Source of the DNA: the human T2T-CHM13v2.0 reference genome, Homo sapiens | NCBI RefSeq assembly: GCF_009914755.1 | Contig: NC_060926.1 | Length of the DNA stretch: 64,000 bases | Strand: one strand, 5' to 3' | Part shown: positions 57,947 to 64,000 of the stretch, one piece after another | How positions within the stretch are numbered: position 1 is the stretch's first letter | Layout of the letters: each line of letters begins with the position of its first letter | Position numbers and translations under genes: made by a program | The notes under the pieces: model-generated | What the model was told of the DNA's origin: nothing | Databases searched by the model: none | Seen by the model: only the letters and a program-made list of their open reading frames with translations

Positions 57947-59565
57947 AAAGAAAGAAAATCCACATTAATAGACTCTGAAAAATCATTTAACACTATCCAA
58001 CATCCATTTCTGATTTGTAAATCACATAAAGAGCTTGAATCTAGAATACAAAAAGAGCTCTTGAAACTTAATGATAACAAGATCAGCACCACATTTTTTA
58101 AAATGAGCAAAAGATCTGAACAGACCTTTTATTGAAGAAGATGTATGGATAGGAAATAAACACATGAAAAGATGCTTAGCATCAGTAGACATTAGGGAAA
58201 TGCCAACTAAAACCACAACACGATGTCCTACTAACTGTTAGAATGCTAATAATAAAAAGACCAACCACATAAAGTCTTGGTGAAGAAGTTGGAGGAATAA
58301 GAGAGCTCATATACTGCAGGTGGGAATGTAAAATGGTAGACTTTGGAGAAAGTTTGGCAGTTTGTTATAAAAGTAAGCTTACTCCTGCTCTATGAACTTG
58401 TCATTTCACTGCTAGATATTTACCCCAAAGAAATGAGAGCATATGTCCATACAGAAACGTTTACATTAAAATTTCATAGCAACTTAATTTGAAAAAGCCA
58501 TAAATTGGAAATGATACAAATATCCATCAACAGTTGATTGATAAACAAATTGTGTAATATACAGGCAGTGGAATACTAATTGACAATAGAAAGGAGTGCA
58601 CTATTGATACACACAGCAAGATGGGTGAATCTCAAAATACCTATGTTGAGTGCAAGAATACAGGAAAAACTACATACTATGCCACACAATTCATACCAAA
58701 TCCTGAAAAATGCAAACTCATCTGTAGTGAGAGAAAGCAGTTCCATGGTTGTGTGGGGATGGAGCTCAGAGAGGAACTGGAGGGAGAGGCTACAAAGGAG
58801 CATGGGGAAACCTTGGCATGAAGTTTACCACTTGACTGTGGTGATGCATGGGGATCTACACACATCACAACTTACAGAGTTGTATACTTTAAATATATTT
58901 ATGTCATGTCAATTGTCATTCAGTAGAGCTGTTAAAACAGCATAAATGAGAGGGTTTGGTGAAGCAGAGGAAACTGCCAGCCACACCCTCATTTCTTGTC
59001 CAGATTCTACCCTCTTTTCCTTTCGAAGACGTGAAAGAAGCAGGAGTCTAAGGTGAGGGCAGAGACTGGGCATGTGGGATGGGTTCCCAGCATTCCTCAT
59101 GTTACCAACACTGCTGGCTCTGAAATGCCAAATAACTTTTGAGACCAAAAGACAGAGCCTTTCATTCCATCATTTGAAATAAGAAGCATAAAGATTTGAA
59201 TAGCTGAGGGATACATTGGCATGGCTAAGTTTGGCTAAAATAAGAATGTTTTCTACTTTAGTGGAAGGGAGGAATTTTGAGTCAAGAGGATGTTGTCTCG
59301 CCGTCACATTGCTAAGAGTGGCTGGTAGAAGGAGAGTTTGAGGACAGTGGAAAATGATTTTACAGTTTTGCCATGTTTCTTTGCATCTTTTTGTTTTTCG
59401 GGTGCTATAGAGAAGTGCTGAGCAGAAGCGCTCCATTTAGTCAACGGCTAATCCTACAGCCGCTTAGTGTAGGGCCCAGGATATGGGAAAAAGACTCACA
59501 ACTGCAGACTGAGAGGGTTTAGAATTGGCTTTCTGCATAAGTTAAGGTGAGACACTGCCTCCAGC

Positions 59566-60149
59566 TGTAAAAAGTAGAGGTTCTTCTTCAAAGACTTTCC
59601 TCCCCATCTAATTAGGAATAAATAGTAACTTCTCTTAGAAGCAAAATTTATTCAAAGACGTGTACTAACATTCTTAAATATCTGCTAGCTGTAATAAAGA
59701 GATCAATGTATTTTATGTTCTTAGCTCCCACAATTTAGCCTAAATATTTGCCCTGGCATGCTTATACTGGTCCAAGCAAGCATTAGGTCATAGCTTGTTC
59801 CTCTTCCTTATTTGAAGGTGTTTTTACCTTTCTCAGCATTCCACAAGTTACTTCCTCCTTCCCTTGTTCTCCTCTGCCTTTGCCTCTTTTAAAAAGTTCC
59901 AAGTTGCTAGCCAGTCAGGACAAATACGGAATGTGAGGTCCTGTTCCAGCCAATGGAAACTGGACACAGTAGTGAGGTGGATGCATCAGGTTATAAATGA
60001 CCCTGTCTCCTTTTTTCGGTGTACTCTTATGGCAGAACTGCTGGTGAGTGTACCCTTTCTGCAGAAAGTAAAAACGGCCTTGCTGAGGAAATTAAATTTA
60101 TGTTCAAGTGCTATTTCTTTATGTCACGAAGGAATAATCATTTCTAACA
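59566..60149 (+). mobile_element. ERV1 solo LTR, LTR10C-like (HERV-I family)
   Basis: 584 bp, TG...CA ends, 4-bp TSD cagc. CCAAT (~59950), TATAAA (~59992) and ATTAAA (60091). Start resembles the recalled LTR10C consensus. Confidence 0.85.
59754..59783. promoter_or_regulatory. Candidate p53 response element (three contiguous imperfect half-sites)
   Basis: TGGCATGCTT-ATACTGGTCC-AAGCAAGCAT vs RRRCWWGYYY, inside an LTR10-family LTR. Confidence 0.45.
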
Positions 60150-60295
60150 CAGCCATCTTTCCCTTGCAGAGTTTTGAGCTAACAACACCACTCCAGGTCA
60201 GTCAAGAAGGGACACAGGACAGGGGAAAAGCGCATTTGCACAGTGAGTGGAGAAGAGGGGAGGATGGAAAAGTGGAAAGGAAAGGGTGAAATTTC

Positions 60296-61077
60296 TGTCC
60301 ACGAAAAGAGTCTAACTTTGTGAAATATTTGAAGAGATTTATTCTGAGCCAAATATGAGTGACCATGGCACGTGACACAGCCCTCAGAGGGTCCTGAGAA
60401 CACGTGCCCAAGGTGGTCGGGGCACAGCTTGGTTTTATACATTTTAGGAAGACATGAGACATCAATCAAATACATTTAAGAAAAACATTGATATGGTTCA
60501 GAAAGGCGGGACAACTCCAAGGGGGTTTGGTGGGGGTCCTTCCAGGGTACAGGTAAATTTAACCATTTTCTGATTGACAAGTGGCTGAGTTTGTCTGAAG
60601 ACCTGGGATCAATAGAAGGGAAATGTTCAGGTTAAGATAAAAGATTGTGGAGGCTAAGGTTCTTTTGAAGTCTCATAGTGGCTGCCCTTAGAGACAACAG
60701 ATGACAAATTGTTTCCTATTCAGACCTTTAAAAAGGTGCTAGACTCTTAACCTCTTCAGGATTGGGAGGGCCTGGAAGAAAAAGATCTTGTGATGTTAAT
60801 AGAGATTCTTTACAGGGGCACATTTTCCCCCACAAAGGACACCTTTGCAGGGCCATTTCAAGGTATGGCAAAGAAGCATGTTTTGGGTAAAATATTTTGA
60901 TTTTCTTCCTTGTCTCATCATGTTATGCCAGAGTCAGTTTGGAAAGCAAGTCACGATATATATATATATGGTTAAATAAAATCCATCTGATGAGAATTTA
61001 TGGTTTGTAGGACATGAGTCCCCAGACCCCTTAGATAGGAATGTGGGCAAGATAAAAAAATCAAGGCTTAGTCCTCA
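60296..61077 (-). mobile_element. ERV1 solo LTR, MER4E-like
   Basis: 'gagatttattctgagccaaatatgagtgacc...gtgcccaaggtggtcgggg...cagcttggttttatacattttagg', ending gcttagtcctca. Near-TSD tttc/cttc. Confidence 0.88.
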
Positions 61078-61385
61078 CTTCCAATACCCAGAATTGTACG
61101 TTATTGATGGTGATGATTTGAACAATTATGGTGATGGTTTAAAAGAGAGAGAGAAAGAAAAAGAAGTGAGTTTAAAGAAGAAAATAATGATAAAAACAAG
61201 AAGTGACTGGATAAAACTCCTATTAGCAGGGTCAACAATGGAAAAAACTTGTGCACCTTGGAATACTTGTTTTTGGTAAGCTTCTTGCTGTACCCACTTT
61301 TCTTCTCCTAAATTGTGCTTCTTTCCAATAATGATGTTTTTCATGGGGGCTTTGAAAGGTTTGGATCCTAAGAGTACAGAGTTAC

Positions 61386-61696
61386 TTTGGAACGCTTCCT
61401 GAAGAACTTGGGGGCTGAGCCTTCTTGCTCCCTGAGGAGGGCGGACTGGGAGCTGCTGGCATAGATTTAGTCTGGGTACCTCTTGGAGGGCGGACTGGGA
61501 ACCGCTGGCATGGATTGAGTCTGTGCACCTCTTGGATTATTAGTCTGAGTCTGCTGGCCTTTGCTAGGTAAACAGAAATCTGGTCCTGGTGGAGGTGAAG
61601 TCTGCTCAGAGCTTGCAATGGGCACAGAATGCATCTGAGGCCCCAGTTTGGGGACTGGGATATCTCAAAGCAATCCTTGGGTGGCCACACTGTAGT
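61386..61696 (-). other. Candidate exon (unverified)
   Basis: Long polypyrimidine tract and acceptor ...tttttttctcttaaattcAG, weak donor AAA|GTAACT. One frame is open throughout. No recognisable protein similarity. Confidence 0.2.
61436..61536. repeat. 49-bp tandem duplication
   Basis: ggagggcggactggga.c.gctggcat.gatt.agtctg.g.acctctt x2. Confidence 0.9.
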
Positions 61697-62390
61697 CTGA
61701 ATTTAAGAGAAAAAAAAGTAACCAAGTAGGAAAAAATAAAACAAAACAGAATTACTGAATAGGAGAGAGAGCAAGAGAAAGAAGGGTGAAGGGAACAGAA
61801 AATGACCGCTGATTCCTTGCACAGCGGGAGATGCCGCCCAGGCTCCCTCAGGTCCATTACCCCGTGGCAGGAACTGGGCTTTTGAAGTCCAAGTTGCAGC
61901 CTGTCTAGCCTGTTCTCTTTTGCTCTAAACTTCAGTAAGGTCTTGTCTGATGAAAACAACAAACCAACCTAAAAGTATGAACAACCTTAGAGTAACTGCA
62001 TTTTGGAAGAGAACTTTTAAAGATAGAAAAGCTTTTAATTTTCGAAGGAGCAGAGATCTACAGACAAATTATTAGGTCCAGTCACTAGCCCCTCTGTGAA
62101 GCTTCGCAGCACTTTCTGCTGAAGCCGCCTTCCTGTTTTCCCACACAAAGGCCAGGACAATGGGACAGTGGTGGCTGGCATCACTCAGGCTCACACCTGC
62201 CTCTGTCAGCTAGGTAAACACCATGGGTTGTCTTCTCTCACTTGATGGCAGTTAATTGGTAAATCCATTTTTCTACACTTTCATAGGTAGAACTATTTTT
62301 TCTTTTGTACTTCAAGGACTATTGGATGTTAGAGCTCTGAAAAATATAATATATATTTTAAAGGATTGAAACTCAGTGAAAAGGAGTTCA

Positions 62391-62720
<330 letters not shown>

Positions 62721-64000
62721 TTATATTTTAATTAAATTGTGAATGATTTTGAACATATATAGGAGTTAAGTGTTTTTAAATATATGTTTGTAAATAAAAA
62801 TTATGATGTTGCCTGGTTCCTTTTTTGGCCATATTATCACAATCCTAAAGAGGGCTAAGATGTAAGATGGACTCCAGACTAGACTACACACAGACTCAAA
62901 ACTTTAAAATATTCTCTTGCCTTCTTGAGGAGAAGGAAGCCTAAACTGTAGGATATCTACTTGTATTTTAAAATAAAAATACAAGTTTGTCATAACAAAG
63001 TATTAATGTGATGAAGTGGCAAGAAAAAGTAAAACATCAAATAAAAAATAAACTCTTACAACTACCTCCTTAAAATGATATTGAAAATTATTATAAAATA
63101 TGCATCAGTAGCTACCATAATGAAACCCAAAACTTAGAATAATTTTCATTAACTCCAAGAATCGACATTCTTACTATCTTCTGAATGATGCCACAAATAC
63201 ATATAATAACAAGCACTGTTTGAATGTCCTTCTAAGCCCCACATACTAAGCAATGAACTTCCTAGGCACTGCCTCCTACTCAGCTTCTAACAGCAAGTGA
63301 ACTGCAGAGCTGAGATTCGAGCCTTGAATGACAACTGAGCTAGACTGTTGACCACAGACATCCTGCCTCGAAATGTGAGTCATGTCTGAAAATCAAATCA
63401 GACCTGGTTAACTCCTTTCTGAATCAAGACAAGACAAATATAAAAATGTATGAAAATATTAGAATATAAAAAAATTGAACAAGACCAACTAGTTTGTCCC
63501 TTAATATTTTTTCACACTAAAGAGAGAGTATCTTTGCTAGGCTCATCATAGATGAAGCTTCTCTATTAAAGAGTATTTGAAAAAGTAACTGAAGTGCATT
63601 GATTTATTCTAGAATTGAACTGGTCAAAAATGAAGTCAGATTTATAGACTTCTTAATCTTTCTTTTTTATAAAAACTGTCCAACATTTTGTTGTTTTAAA
63701 GCTAAAATGTAATTCTTGATTGGTTCTGTACTGACGTGGTATTAGGCACTTCCGAAAATAGCTGATTTGTCACATTGCAGGGAAATTTAATTTTTGAATA
63801 ATTTTCTCCATATATTTGACCATTTGCTCTCATATTTTTTTACAAGACTTTATAGGCCAATTTTTGTCTTTACAAGATTGGATTCAAAAAGATAACTAGA
63901 AGTTGAATGCCCAAGTCTATTTCATCATTAGCATTCAGACAGGAAAAATATCTACCCAGCATATTTTATGTTTCCATTTTCATTTTGGAATGTTTTAAAC

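Larger units (their letters stand above)
53270..58938 (+). mobile_element. Old L1M element (L1ME1-like 3' end) with 5' region, ORF1 and partial ORF2 relics, interrupted by an STR, an MST LTR and an Alu
   Basis: ORF1-like 'gagtgaatttgaagacataacaattgaaattatc...cagtgagtcatgggacaac', endonuclease-like 'caatcttaaatatgcatgta', 3' UTR 'aaatgcaaactcatctgtagtgagagaaagcag...gctgttaaaa'. Large ORF2 deletion near 58020. The 5' boundary is uncertain. Confidence 0.8.

Overview
Primate (most likely human or great-ape) non-coding genomic DNA. No protein-coding gene, RNA gene or CRISPR array can be supported. Every long ORF in the track is explained by L1 ORF2 remnants, Alus or tandem repeats. Transposon content: 13 Alus, a 5'-truncated young L1PA, several old L1M fragments, five solo LTRs (THE1, MLT1, MST, LTR10C-like, MER4E-like, each with a visible target-site duplication), hAT/Tigger fossils (MER5, MER58A, Charlie1, MER82, MER117), MIRs and L2s. 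GC-rich minisatellites are unusually dense, as in subtelomeric regions, and one 0.95-kb CpG island is built entirely from alternating 45/54-bp units. The most unusual signal is a set of local templated rearrangements: a four-piece inverted/direct duplication mosaic at 2.0-3.4 kb, a ~105-bp copy of nearby unique DNA inserted inside an AluJ, a fold-back palindrome inside an L1, and many 17-131-bp tandem duplications. There are also weak hints of a minus-strand spliced transcript and a p53-type element in the LTR10C. I found no new biological system that I can support. Repeat subfamily names come from recalled consensus sequences, not from a search, and the locus was not identified.
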